A DNA stretch of 39,068 nt from Octopus sinensis (GCF_006345805.1 NW_021835729.1:1-39068), one strand, 5' to 3'. Shown: positions 1-12,242, counted from the stretch's first letter. The notes: generated by a model not told the origin, from the letters alone. Made by a program: numbers and translations.

Positions 1-254
1 ACTGATAATCATATTATCTCATGTTTTGATATAGTGAGGAAGTTAAAGTCTGTTTCTTAGATTTAATCTTTGTTTCATTTTTGTGTTCAAATCTAGGAAT
101 AAATGAAGTCTGGTGTATCTTCTGGAATATAAAGTTGCATCACATTCTTGTCATAAAACTCCATCTTGTGGTATAGTAATATAGGTCCATCGATCAATTC
201 TATGTCGCCTTCTTGCTGTTCTCATCTTTCATCCACTGCAAATGAGTAATTTAT
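1..254 (-). pseudogene. Terminal TNF-homology-like exon of gene A, disrupted by several small deletions/frameshifts (pseudogenised or sequence error); runs off the window edge
   Basis: Acceptor ttccatttcAG at 256-255. Piecing frames together gives ITHLQWMKDE-QQEGDIELIDG-YITIPQDGV...MQLYIPEDTPD, colinear with gene B VTDLHWLKDESQDVGNFHLVNETCIYVPQDGI...VQLYIPEDTPS. No single frame is open. Confidence 0.75.
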
Positions 255-320
255 CTGAAATGGAAATTAATAATAACAACAAACAACAGATACATTTTAA
301 TTTTTTCATACAGCAATATA

Positions 321-702
321 GCGCGAAGGAGTGGCTGTGTGGTAATAGCTCGCTTACCAACCATGGTTCCGGGTTCAGTCCCACTGTGTGGCACCTTGGG
401 CAAGTGTCCTCTACTATAGCCTTGGGCCGACCAATGCCTTGTGATTGGATTTGGTAGATGGAAACTGAAAGAAGCCCGTCATATATATGTATATATATAT
501 GTGTGTGTGCTTGTGTGTCTGTGTTTGTAGCCCCCAACATCGTTTGACAACCAATGCTGGTGTGTTTACATCCCCGTAACTTAGCGGTTCGGCAAAAGAG
601 ACTGAATAAGAATAAGTCCTGGGGTCGATTTGCTCGACTAAAAAAGGGTGGTGCTCCAGCATGGCCCACAGTCAAATGACTGAAACAAGTAAAAGAGTAA
701 GA
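321..702 (+). mobile_element. tRNA-derived SINE, family 1 (full length)
   Basis: A-box-like TGGCTGTGTGG, B-box-like GGTTCAGTCC, internal (TA)/(TG) tract and gtaaaaga tail; many near-identical copies in the window. Confidence 0.9.
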
Positions 703-1008
703 GTATATATATGTATGTATCTCTATCTATCTATATAAGCGCTAACAATGAAATGAGATGTAAATAAATAAATATAGATATAATCATCCAACATCTGACT
801 ATTTATTACTCTAGATATGGTGGTGTGTGTGTGTGTGCGTGTGCACGCGTATGCATAGTATACACATCACACATTTGATGCATCAAATTCCATAAGGCAA
901 ATCATTAATTCATTTAGATTTCTCTTTATTTCAAAATTTCATAAAATAATAGTAAAATAATAAAAAAAAAATACAATAAACATTATCTGTGTGTGTGTGT
1001 GTGTGTGT

Positions 1009-1110
1009 CATCATCATCATCATCATCATTGTTTAATGTTCACTTTCCATGCTGCATGGCTTGGATGGTTTGACTGCAGACTGGCGAGCCAGATGGCTGC
1101 ACCAGGCTCA
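1009..1110 (-). mobile_element. Short 3' fragment of RTE LINE or RTE-tail SINE
   Basis: (CAT)n followed by ttccatgc..gcatgg..tggatggtt, matching the RTE 3' end at 15368-15440. Confidence 0.6.
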
Positions 1111-1150
1111 TACATACATATATGTTTGTGTGTGTATGTTTATATATATA

Positions 1151-1983
1151 CTAGCAGAATTGCCCGGCGTTGCTCGGGGCTGAATTGCTTGAAAGTACTG
1201 TTAATGATTGCACTGAATTATGATGATTATTCAGGCAAATATTGATATAAGTTTACGGTGGGAGATAAGGACTTACCGATCAAACGTGTGCCATTGCATT
1301 GTTTTGGGGGGAACCAAATTTCTGATGAGCATTATAGGGGCACCACTTTAAGTTTGAGAAAGTGTGGTGGTAGTCCGGGGTGCTCAAAGGAATTGAGTAC
1401 CTCTATTGGATAGTTGATGACGTCCTCTGGGTCAGGAGTTGTATCGATAGACTGATATACATAGACTTCCCAGGAATGAGTTTAGCATTTCATCATTAAT
1501 ATGGTGAACATTTTATTCCTCGGGCCAGTATAGCCTTTTTGCCAATCCAATCCATATTCTGATAATTAGCTTGTAGATCTGGGAACACTGCATCTCTGAG
1601 ATCAGAAGGCGTCTTAACAATGGTACAAATGGAATCGATGGCAATATTACCATTTTCATCCCCTGGTATTTTGCCTTCGCCAAGTGCAAGGAGGGTGTGA
1701 GGAAATGCTGCGATGTGATTTACGTCGCATATGAGCACGCATATTGGTGTGAAGTTTGAGAGTTACTTCCTTTATTTAAAAAAATATGCATTAAATGGGA
1801 AAAATGATGGTAAATTATTGGTAAAATCATAGACTCATCGTAGATGCGCGCTAATACCCAGAAGGGCTCGATATGAATCACGACATAAGATACCCGGTTT
1901 GGTAAACTGCATCGCAAAATGTGGAGTAGTTAGGAATCTAAATCGGAGTAGAGACAGCCACAACCTTTCTTTTTATATATAAA
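1151..1983 (-). mobile_element. Internally deleted Helitron with PIF1-helicase remnant
   Basis: Minus-strand 3' end is hairpin CCCGAGCAACGCCGGG then CTAG|T. Frameshifted translation LLALGEGKIP...DAVFPDL...YQSIDT...YPIEVLNSFEHPGLPPHFLKLKV-APIMLIRNL..PK.CNGTRL is typical Helitron helicase. The other end resembles T(C)TATATATAAAA. Confidence 0.9.
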
Positions 1984-1984
1984 T

Positions 1985-2325
1985 ATTTTCGTCCTAAAAA
2001 ACTTTGTATGGATTGAATGGTTACCTCTATGGAAATATATACACGCATGTGTGTATAGATGAATATATAAATACATTTAAATATCTATATACACTTTTGG
2101 GCGATCTTTCTGTTTCTTAGAGATAACTTTAGATCTTATTTTCGTCCTAAAAAAAACTTTGTATGGAGTGAAAGGTTACCTCTATGAAAATATATACACA
2201 CACATTATACATACATCTGTGTATAGGTGAATATATAAATACATTTAAATATCTATATACACTTTTGGGCGATCTTTCTACTACTTGGATATACTTTCGG
2301 TCTTATATTCGTCCTAAAAAACTTT
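1985..2325. repeat. Imperfect ~155-170 bp tandem duplication (2 copies plus partial)
   Basis: ttcgtcctaaaaaacttt recurs at ~1988, ~2141 and ~2308; aatatataaatacatttaaatatctatatacacttttgggcgatctttct recurs twice. Confidence 0.75.
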
Positions 2326-2819
2326 CCTCTCACACACTCACACACACGCGCACACACACACACACGCACCACACACACACACACACACACGTTAGCTTAC
2401 AATTTTATTTATATATTTGCGTGTCTATGTGTGTAAAGAGGAAGTGGGAATGCAGAGTGAAAGAGTCACTCACTACAAAAAGTGAATTACTTTCAGTTTA
2501 GTCGTTGCACACTTGCAAAGACAAAGGAGGAGAAATTAGGGTGATAGCGTCAGTGAAACAGTTCGCTCCGTTTGTGTGTGTGTGCGTGTGCTGTAGCCCA
2601 CACTAAGAAAAGCATTTGACCTAGACACCACAATGTGAGTTTTCTCTAAATTTTGCTTAATTGGGGTTGAAATTTTAAAAACTGGACCTGGCACGACCCG
2701 ATGCATTCTACTCTTAAAAATGCTAGGTAAATTGTAATTGAAGAAATCCTATATTGCAGATTTCTATAAGAGACAAAGGGAGGCAGATAAAATCTGCCTT
2801 TTATAATAAGAGATATATA

Positions 2820-3142
2820 TATATATATATATATCCAGCACATGACCACATGACTGACGAGGCTATCAGATGTTGTTACACATCGCTGGTCTCAATGCGT
2901 TCGCATTGTTTTAGCCTTTGAATGATGCCACCCCACTGACTACGCGAGCAGGCCAACAGAAGAAAGTGTGAGAGAAAGAGTGGTGAAAGAGTACAGCAGG
3001 GATCACCACCCCCTGCTGGAGCCTCGTGCAGAATTTAGGTGTTTTCGCTCAATGAACACTCATAACGCCCGGTCTGGGAATCGAAACCGCGATCCTACGA
3101 CCGCGAGTCCGCTGCCCTAACCACTTGGCCATTGCGCCTCCA
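2820..3142 (-). mobile_element. tRNA-derived SINE, family 2
   Basis: Minus strand begins GGAGGCGCAATGGCCAAGTGGTTAGGGCAGCGGACTCGCGG...GGTTTCGATTCC (A/B boxes); inserted in a TA tract. Confidence 0.8.
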
Positions 3143-3669
3143 CATATATATATATATCTATATATATATATGTTTGTATTTATATGCAACATGGAATACT
3201 TATTTATACATACATTGCATGGTACAGTTATAGAAACTCACAAAAGAGACTCCTTCTGCATCAATGATATTATGATTGTGGCATTTCCTCAGGTATTAGA
3301 AACTCGATGACAAAAAAAAAAAACCCAGCACTGCTGGTAGGAAAGATCCCCATTATACGTTCAAGATCCACTGCAACCACAAGGGAGCCAGCCACATGAA
3401 TTCGATATATAATTTCCCACCAGTAGCTCATCATAGTATTGTGGGAAGCAAATCTCGTGACTTGATTTATTTCTATAACTCAAAGTTATCATGGAACATG
3501 GCAAGTTGTTCAAAACCTTTCTTCTTCCCAGAAATCTTTATTGAATCCTGTATACTCACTGTATACATTCATTTGTCGTGTGTCTGAATAAAACCTTGAA
3601 CATGAAGATACTCGCACTGAACGAGCGTTGTCATTATTTACTGCACAGTGGTATTTCATGGTAATTGGA

Positions 3670-3818
3670 TTAACCCTTTCGTTACTGTATTTATTTTGAG
3701 ATGTTCCGTATTTCTTTCAATTATTTTAAATACAACAAAGAATTTAATAAAATAACTTAGTCACCATTCAGCTAGTGTTAGGAACATAAATTGTGACTAA
3801 GGTTTGGTGGAAGATTTT
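3670..3818. mobile_element. Truncated piggyBac-like (TTAA) MITE
   Basis: TTAA|CCCTTTCGTTACTG start; body matches the complete copy at 7931-8151. Confidence 0.75.
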
Positions 3819-4436
3819 TTTGTGAGGTCCAGGGGCAGCAAACAGAAGGGTCACCCTGGGAGGCACATACTCTAACTACACCAGTGCCTCTATGGCTAAT
3901 TGATGAACTCCACCATCCAAGATCTCTCTGAACACTAAGGGCAAGTGCCCTCTTTAGTTCCTGTCTTCTGATTCACAGGTCAATACTTAGAGTGGGACCA
4001 CCCACTCTTGCCATTTTTGCAACTATCACCCACCCTTCAACAAATTCACTTGAGGACAGCACCTCCCACTCCACCTTCACTTGAAAAGGTTAATTAGGGT
4101 TCTACGAAAGAGAAAAAGTCTCTGTCCTCATACCTTTCAAAGTCACCTGACAAATAAAAACTACCTTACTTTTCCAATTAAAGAAGGGTGGCAGGGTAAT
4201 CATCACTGAGAGGCTTGGCCAGTAAATAGATCTCGCCAACACTGGACAGCAGCTGTTCAACATAATTCCACAAGTCAGCAATGCTTGGACACTGAACGAA
4301 TGTGTGCAGAATGGTTCCATTGCTCTGCACATATCTCAGACAAGCTCATCTGACAGCACATCGGTGCCTGTAGAGTTTATCTTGAACCAGTAGTACCCCT
4401 TGGTGGCACTCCCAGATCAAGGATTTTGGAAATTAT

Positions 4437-4640
4437 CTATAGTTAGTTTGTTAGTTAATTTTTTGGCTCAAAAAGTAAAAAGCAAGGCCATGTAGGGGGA
4501 CATGGAGTTATGTACAGGGTGGTGTTCATGCAAAGAGTTCAGGCCATTTGTGGTCAAGTGAGACTTTGAACCGAGCGGTCATCGGCATCTTCACTATCTT
4601 GTCTGGCAGCTTATTCCACAGATCTGCAACCCGGACGTTC
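4437..4640 (-). mobile_element. 3' fragment of a CR1/L2-type LINE
   Basis: Minus-strand translation VRVADLWNKLPDKIVKMPMTARFKVSLDHKW resembles the CR1 ORF2 C-terminus (compare LRVAEAWNKLPASVV at ~5650-5700); short-repeat tail. Confidence 0.7.
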
Positions 4641-4819
4641 TGGAGCAGGAGTGAAGAACAGCTCTTTCGAGAGGTTATACTTTCCATAGTAGTCTCCAAC
4701 CTGAAAGTCCTCAGGAACAGACCAACCAGTCCATTTTCATCAACACCCAGACACTCCCTGAGAACATCATTCTCTGTATAGGGGTTTCAGATTTTGGCTT
4801 AAGTTTGGAGGAGCATGAC

Positions 4820-4990
4820 AGTGGATTATATCAACCTCAGTGCATAACTGGTACTTATTTTATTGATCCTGAAAGATTGAAAGGCAAAATCAACTTTGGT
4901 GGAATTTGAACTCAGAACCTAAGGATGGACAAAATGCTGCTAAACATTTTGTCCTGCGTACTAATAATTGTACTAGCATGCCATCTTAAA
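4820..4990 (-). mobile_element. Degenerate SINE-like repeat, family 3
   Basis: ctggtactt..tttattga.cc..aaa.ga.tgaaaggcaaa..gaatttgaactcagaac matches 37310-37380 and the reverse complement of 37940-38010. Confidence 0.7.
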
Positions 4991-5515
4991 CTATTCCTCT
5001 ATATATTGCTAACATGGAACATCCACTGATCCCATTGCCTAACTGGTAGAGGGCTATGAGCACCTGATGACACTTTAGGTACCCGGCACCCAGTCTGGAT
5101 CTTCCCTTCATCCAGGACTGCAGAAAGACATGCCTCATGAACACACCCTACACATGTTCACCATCCAGAAATTGTTACTGGTGGCACAACTTCAGTGCCT
5201 AGTTAAGCATCATCAATCATAGCATGCCTAAGCTTCCACACAGAAGATACTGGTAGCAGACTGACCCCTTTACTGTGGTAGTAGTAGTAGTAGCAGCAGC
5301 AGCTGTAGCAGTAATCTCTATTTGTTGTATTTGATCCACATGTATAATTTCAATTATAGTCGGCCCAAGTCTTTCAATATACTAATTAATGCATACTTGT
5401 CATAATACTTCGGTATATAATGGTAATATACTTCAACCAAATGGAATCATTTCCCATCATGCTACAACAGCAGGACTAAACCCAAGTACATAATAGTAGC
5501 CTTTAGCATATGTCT

Positions 5516-7070
5516 ATAATATAATAATAATAATAATAAAACATTGTGTACAGTGCTCAGGTGCACTACAACTCATCTAAAGTGTATATAAGGTGTAGTT
5601 TCGGCGGATTTCGGAAAGCATGAGGGCCTTAAAGGGTGCAGTGTCATGGCAGTCAACAACTGACGCAGGCAGTTTGTTCCATGCTTCAGCAACTCTGAGC
5701 GTGAAAAAATGTTTCCGAAAGTCATGGGAGCTGTGTTGTTTTCTGACTTTGTAGGTATGTCCACGTGTGTTAGACACATGAAGATCAAAAAGGTGTTCAG
5801 TGTTGTTGTTGGTGAGGTGGTTGATAACTTTGTGGGTGTTTACCAAGCCCATCGCCAGACGCCGGAGCTTCAGTGAATCCATGCCCAGGGAAACAAGGCG
5901 CTCAGAGTATGGTAGGTGTCTGATGGAGGGTATGCGTTTGGTTACACGTCTCTGGACAGATTCCAGGAGGTCAATGTTCTGAGCAAGATAGGGGTTCCAA
6001 ACTGATGATGCGAATTCCAAGTGTGGACGTACCATAGCTGTATACAGTTTTAAATAGATGGCTGGAGAGCGGCTAACAAAAGTCTTGCTGAGTGATGCCA
6101 AGACACCCTCGGCCTTCTTGACAATTTTAGAGATATGCTTTGTCCAACGCAAATCACTGCTGACAGAGATGACTAGGTCACGCTCGCAAGAGGATTTCTT
6201 GATATCAGTGTTGTGGAGGGAGTATGCGGACGCAGGGTTTTTTCTCCCAAAATGCATGGTGGTACACTTGTCCACAGCCAGTTTCAGTTGCCAGTCTGTG
6301 ATCCATTGCTGCATTGTGTCCAGGTCTGATTGCAGGAAAGAGCTGTAGACAACAGGATCTGTCCTCTTGATTTCAAGGTACAGCTTGATGTCGTCTGCAT
6401 ATTTCAATACTGTGGCATTCTTTAAATTGGCATCTATGTCATTAATGTATGCCACAAACAAGAGGGGACCAAGGACAGATCCCTGTGGTACACCCGATGA
6501 CATCTCATATGGTGTAGAATGCTGTCCTAGAACTGTGACTACCTCCTTTCGGCTGGGAATGAAGGATTTCAACCAGTTAAAAAGGTCATCCCTCACACCC
6601 ATTGCAGAGAGTTTCACCATAAGCCTTTTGTGTGGCACAGAGTTGAAAGCCTTAGCAAAGTCAAGGTAGACAACATCCACCCATGAGCCACTGTCAGTGA
6701 TCTGTGTAATGTCCTCAAGGAACTCGACAAGCTGATCACTGCAGCTGGAGTTAGGGACAAATCCATATTGTGAGGGTCGGATGAGACTGTGAGAGCTCCA
6801 GAAGTTCTAAAGTGTTTCTCTGACACACGATTCCATCAGTTTTGCAATACAGCTAGTGAGATTGACTGGGCGATAGTTGACAGGTGATGTGCGGTCGCCC
6901 TTTTTGAACAGAGGAATGACACTGGCAGTTTTCCACTGCTCTGGAGTAGCACCATTGTTGAGACAGTACTGGAAGAAAATAGAAAGCTGGTGTAAAAGGA
7001 AGTACCTGCCACGTTTGAGAAGCAGGTATGTAACTCCATCGAGACCAGGGGAGGCATAGTTGCGCTTATT
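5516..7070 (-). mobile_element. 5'-truncated CR1-clade LINE (reverse transcriptase)
   Basis: ORF 5577-6680 has LDFAKAF, GVPQGSVLGP, YADD, RPHLE, WNKLP. Upstream frameshifted part SPGLDG..WKTASVIPLFKKGDR..NYRPVNLTS. (TTA)n tail at 5516-5540. Confidence 0.95.
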
Positions 7071-7212
7071 TTGAAAGAATTTTGAAGGTATTTGAAAGTA
7101 TTTTAACACTATAATAGTAAGAATTAGCTTAAATCTGTAATTTCAGTTATTTAATGGGCATAATGCAAATGACGAGAAAAAGTGTGCAATAAATCTGTAT
7201 AAATCAGCTTAC

Positions 7213-7260
7213 CTAACTCAGTGTAACCCCTTGTTTTTAGGGGAAAGTAGGAATGGTGAA
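7213..7260 (-). CDS. Gene A exon 3 (48 nt, phase 1-1): (F)HHSYFPLKTRGYTEL
   Basis: Strong acceptor tctctcttcttatctttcAG and donor GTaagc; open and phase-compatible with exon 2 and the terminal exon. Confidence 0.7.
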
Positions 7261-7926
7261 CTGAAAGATAAGAAGAGAGAAAGCAGACAGTGAGAAGGAT
7301 ATATTTTAATATAGGTTCAATATCAACAGAAGACTATTCAAAGAAAAGGACACCTCCTGATGTATTTCATATATTTAATATTTCAGATTATCATCTAATA
7401 AATAACTATACAACAGTTTCATAATCATCATTATCATAAATAAAAATTATCTTCATGGAGAACAATTATTAACCATAAATGAAAGGGAGCCAAGACTATA
7501 TAAACGTCTATATATTACACCCATCACTTGTAGTTTCATGAGCTTTAACATGTTCAGTTGTACAGTAGCGATGCCTTGCTCAGACTGATAGGACAATTCT
7601 AGCAAACATGAACAGGAGGCTTCATCCTATCAAAGTGTCATCTAAAGCCATGGTCCAGTTAATTATTGTAGACATTTCATTCAAATATTTAATGATGTAG
7701 TTATTTTTGCCATTTATTTTTTCAGTATGTCTGGGGTTTTTTCATGTTGAATGAATTGTTGCCTAATTTAAGACTAATATATTAAGGACATGTTTAACCC
7801 ATTCGTTACTGTATGCAGGAGTTAACCCATGTACATAATAGGAGTCACTTAAACAAGTCTATAATGAAAGTATTTTAATTGATACCGTAATAGTAAGAAT
7901 TAGTGTAAATCTGTAATTGTAGTTAT

Positions 7927-8155
7927 TTAACCCATTCGTTACTGTATTTATTTTGAGATGCTCTGTGTTTCTTTCAATTACTTTAAATATAACAAAGAAT
8001 TTAGTAAAATAACTTAGTTATCATTAAGCTAGTGTTAGGAACATAAGTTATGACTAAGGTTTGGTGGAAGATTTTAATTCAAAACTTATGAAAACAAGAC
8101 ATTTGTACTACAGAGCTAGAGGCAGTTTCAGTCAGTTTGGTATCGAAAGGGTTAA
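7927..8155. mobile_element. piggyBac-like MITE (~220 bp)
   Basis: TTAA|CCCATTCGTTAC...GTATCGAAAGGG|TTAA: CCC-starting TIRs with TTAA on both sides. Confidence 0.85.
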
Positions 8156-8409
8156 TGATGACGAAGTTTCTTTTACTGAATTCTTCATTATTTTAAAAAT
8201 TAATAGAAATACAGGCAGTGTATTTCAACAAAATGGTTAATAATGACAAAATTACTTAACTAAAATTCTTCAATACTGTTAGAATTAATTGAAACAAAAG
8301 CAGTGCATTTCAACTGAAATATGGTAACAAAAGGGTCAATTAAAACCTTCCAATCAAATTTCATGTTAATTTATGTTAATTTATGTTAATTTATGTCCCA
8401 AACACTAGC

Positions 8410-8637
8410 TTAACCCTTTCATAACTGTATTTATTTTGAGATGCTCTGTGTTTCTTTTAATTACTTTAAATATTACAAAGAACTGAGTAAAATAACTTGG
8501 TTATCATTAAGCTAGTGTTAGGAACATAAATTGTGACTAAGGCTTGGTGGAAGATTTTAATTCAGAACTTTTGAAAACAAGACATTTGTACTCAGAGCCA
8601 GAGGCGGTTTCAGCCGGGTTGGTAACGAAAGGGTTGA
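8410..8637. mobile_element. piggyBac-like MITE
   Basis: TTAA|CCCTTTCATAAC...GTAACGAAAGGG|TTGA; same family. Confidence 0.85.
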
Positions 8638-8723
8638 TGATTTCATTAGTGTTACAATATAATTAGTGTCAGATGATTTTATAGACATATGGAATGAGAA
8701 TTTATCAGAATATATGTACTTAC

Positions 8724-8865
8724 AGGATGGAGGAGGTGGTGTCGCAGGCAGTGGTGTCGCAGGTGGTAGTGTTGCAGGCAGTGTTGAAGTTATAGCCACA
8801 AGCAGTGGTGAAGTCGGTGCCACATAGTGTGGAGGAGGTGGTGGAAGTGAAGGAGGATATTTCCT
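8724..8865 (-). CDS. Gene A exon 2 (142 nt, phase 0-1): Pro/Thr-rich stalk RKYPPSLPPPPPHYVAPTSPLLVAITSTLPATLPPATPLPATPPPPS
   Basis: Acceptor ttttttttactttAG and donor GTaagt; in frame with ORF 8557-8823 and phase-compatible with exon 1. Confidence 0.8.
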
Positions 8866-9409
8866 CTAAAGTAAAAAAAAAATAAAGAGAAAAGATGAGG
8901 AAAATTAAGATAAGAGGGTGACTGGTGCTATTTGTATTACTTTCATGGGGTAGAAAGGGCTCCTTAGCCGTAGTGAAGGCAATCTATCTAGGGAGATAAC
9001 CTTACAATAAATCACTGGGTCCGTAGCTTAGAAATACTGGGTTGACGTCCAGCGGGAACAGCTTTGTTTCATGGAGGAGGAAAGATCTTCTTTAGTACTT
9101 GGTTGTACAATGCTTTCCAATGTGTGTAGTAGTGGCGCGCGCACACATTATTAGCCATTTGAAAAGACTATGAAAGTCTCGACCACGGTCGAACAATGAT
9201 GATGATGATTACTTTCATCATATTACTGTCTTTTTTAAGGTTTGTCATTGTCCGGTTACAACCCTGATACACTTGTTATACTCTTAGTACTCTTGTCTTA
9301 TGCTTAATGCACTCTTCTTACACTCATGATAGTGTTTGTTTGTCTCTTGTTACATTTTATCTCTGTCATGTTACTGTGCTACACACACACACACACACAC
9401 ACATAAATA

Positions 9410-10030
9410 TATACTTTATAATTAGGGTTCAACAAAGATTTGCTTTACCACATACCGAAGTTTAGAAATAGCAGCCAAAAACCTTAGCTATTTCTTCTAC
9501 TTTAAAAAGGGACTCCAAGAAAAACCAAAATACTTGAAGTATATTTAAAAACATAGAGAATCCACTTGTATGGATTCTATGCACTAGAAAGAACAGCTAA
9601 GTTCTATAACCACAAAAAATTGAAGTATTTTGGTTTTTCTGGGAGTCCCTTTTTAAAGTAGAAAAAATAGCTAAGGTTTTTGGCTGCTATTTCTAAACTT
9701 CGGTATGTGGTAAAGCAAATCTTTGCTGAACCCTAATTATAAAGTATTACTTAAGTTTACCGTGAAATGGTCCTTTTTCATGTCGAATTCTACATGGTGA
9801 AATTATTGATTACTAGTTAATTAATTAATTTTACCCTTTGTTATTATTATATATATATATATATTATATATATATATAAGAAACCAATTGGTCCAGGAAA
9901 CTAGATGGCAAATCTTTTTCATTTCCAAATTTATTACTGTCGAATTTTATACCCAATTTTTTGTGGTTATATAACTTAGCTGTCCTTTCTAGCGCGTAGA
10001 ATCCATATAAGTGGATTCTCTATGTGTTTA
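9410..10030. mobile_element. Fold-back repeat related to the Penelope/pLTR-like family at 23376-25153
   Basis: Arms ~9410-9535 and ~9625-9746 are reverse complements and share ccacataccgaa..tttagaaatagcag; a ~95-nt tail follows the right arm, then (TA)n; 9955-10030 is the inverse of 9545-9620. Confidence 0.7.
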
Positions 10031-10191
10031 ATATACACTATATCATATGACTAATATATAGTCTTTTTGACTAAAATTTTTTACGCGTTAGACCACTGGA
10101 AATATAAATTTTGATTGAATGTTTTTAATTTTAATTAAATTCCTTCAAATGACTGAAACAAGTAAAAGAGTAAAAGAGAGTGTAATATATA

Positions 10192-10610
10192 GGCGCAGGA
10201 GTGGCTGTGTGGTAAGTAGCTTGCAAACCAACCACATGGTTCTGGGTTCAGTCCCACTGCGTGGCATCTTGGGCAAGTGTCTTCTGCTATAGCCCCGGGC
10301 CGACCAATGCCTTGTGAGTGGATTTGGTAGACGGAAACTGAAAGAAGCCCGTCGTATATATGTATATATATATATGTATGTGTGTGTGTTTGTGTGTCTG
10401 TGTTTGTCCCCCTAGCATTGCTTGACAACCGATGCTGGTGTGTTTACGTCCCCGTCACTTAGCGGTTCGGCAAAAGAGACCGATAGAATAAGTACTGGGC
10501 TTACAAAAAATAAGTCCCGGGGTCGATTTGCTCGACTAAAAAAAAAGGCGGTGCTCCAGCATGGCCGCAGTCAAATGACTGAAACAAGTAAAAGAGTAAA
10601 AGAGAGTGTA
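10192..10610 (+). mobile_element. tRNA-derived SINE family 1 (full length), preceded by a duplicated tail at 10146-10190
   Basis: GGCGCAGGAGTGGCTGTGTGG...aaatgactgaaacaagtaaaagagtaaaagagag. Confidence 0.92.
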
Positions 10611-10985
10611 ATATGTGTAAAACAACTTGCTCTAAACGAATATGACGAAAAGAAATGCGCTCTCGCCTTTTTATGACCGGGTTAAACACTTTAGTTTAAC
10701 CCATCCATGAGTTCCTACATCATCAAACCATAAAATGTGTTAATAGGAGAAAAAAAATATGGAAAAACATCAATACATGAGAGAGTGACAATAATATGAG
10801 GAAGATGGTCCCTGGGATGTGCTTTTACAATTCTTTCTCTTTTTTTTTACCAAAAAGGCTTGGTACTACTTAAGAAGAGTGGACCCCCAACAAGTCTGTG
10901 AATTAGCAGACCCGCAGCACTAATCAGTAGACAGACGCAGACACAACGCGCGGTTCAGTGGTTCATTCAGTCCGGGTTTTTTTAT

Positions 10986-11275
10986 TAGATAGATATATAA
11001 GACAGGGAGACAGACAGATATATATATGATAGACAGATAGATATATATGATAGACAGATAGATATATAAGATAGACAGATAGATATATAAGATAGACAGA
11101 TAGATATATAAGATAGACAGATAGATATATAAGATAGACAGATAGATATATAAGATAGACAGACAGATAGATAGATATATAAGATATATAAGATAGATAG
11201 ATAGATATATAAGATATATAAGATAGATAGATATATAAGATATATAAGATAGATAGATATATAAGATAGATATAT

Positions 11276-11320
<45 letters not shown>
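10986..11320. repeat. Compound (GATA/GACA/TA) microsatellite
   Basis: Direct reading. Confidence 0.95.
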
Positions 11321-11322
<2 letters not shown>

Positions 11323-11739
11323 AAAAATTCCCCCTCCCCGATTTTACAGATTTATACACGTGGAAGGTTCCATTTTTTTTCCTTTACGGCGGGTGCCACA
11401 GACTTGCGCGTGTGCGTCCGTCCGTCGACTGACTAGCGCGAGTCCACTCGTCTTAAGTAGTACTAAAGGTTTCTCCCATGGTTAAATGCGTTGTGCCAAA
11501 AAAATTGGCCAAAATCGGTCCGGGAATGGTGGTGAGGAGGTTGAGGTGAAAAGAAAAATCATAAATTTGGGAAATTTTTTTCATAAAGAAAAAAAAAGTA
11601 AATCTATAGTTTCCCACCAGACATGATTTCGGTACTACATAATTTTTTCCCCCGCGTTTTTCTAGGGGTGCAATTGTTTTAGTTGACTTCATAAGCTGTG
11701 GGAAATGCAATTTTTCCGTAGAACACGAAGAGAAAAGAG

Positions 11740-11922
11740 AATAAGTAGAATAAATACTAGGTTTACAAAGAGTAAGTCCTGGGGTAGATTTGCTCGACAA
11801 AAGGCGGGTCAAATGACTGAAACACGTAAAAGAGTAAAAGAGAATAAGTACTAGGCTTACAAAGAATAAGTCCTGGGGTCGATTTGCTCGACTAAAGGCG
11901 GTGCTCCAGCATGGCCGCAGTC
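11740..11922 (+). mobile_element. Two partial 3' fragments of SINE family 1
   Basis: aataagtactaggcttacaaagaataagtcctggggtcgatttgctcgac occurs twice (one copy degenerate). Confidence 0.75.
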
Positions 11923-12242
11923 GGAAATTCCCCTTTCCGACCCAGTCTCCTGCATTTTTTAATCTATTTTTTTGCAATCGTCTTGACTTCATAATGTATA
12001 GGAAATGCATTTTTTTCTGTGGAAAACGGAGGGGTAGGGCGGAACGTAGGGCAGTCCTGTATATCTTTCGTCACCGGATTTGTGCTGGAATCGATCCCTT
12101 ACTGGCAATCTGGGATGGGGTGTATTATATAATTTTACTGCCTCAATAATAATAAAAAATTGTTGCAGCAGTTTTTTTTTTTCTCCAGTAGAGATAAATA
12201 AATACCTGGTCAGATAAAAAATACAATTTTTTAAAATAAATG

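Noticed and set aside
321-400. tRNA genes at SINE heads
   Set aside because: A/B boxes only, no complete cloverleaf, and always joined to a SINE body
7085-7930. ~60-bp similarity between 7090-7155 and 7866-7930
   Set aside because: Short, AT-rich and diverged; at most an old local duplication
8950-9210. Possible retroposon fragment ending in (GAT)n
   Set aside because: No second copy or diagnostic motif in the window to support a call
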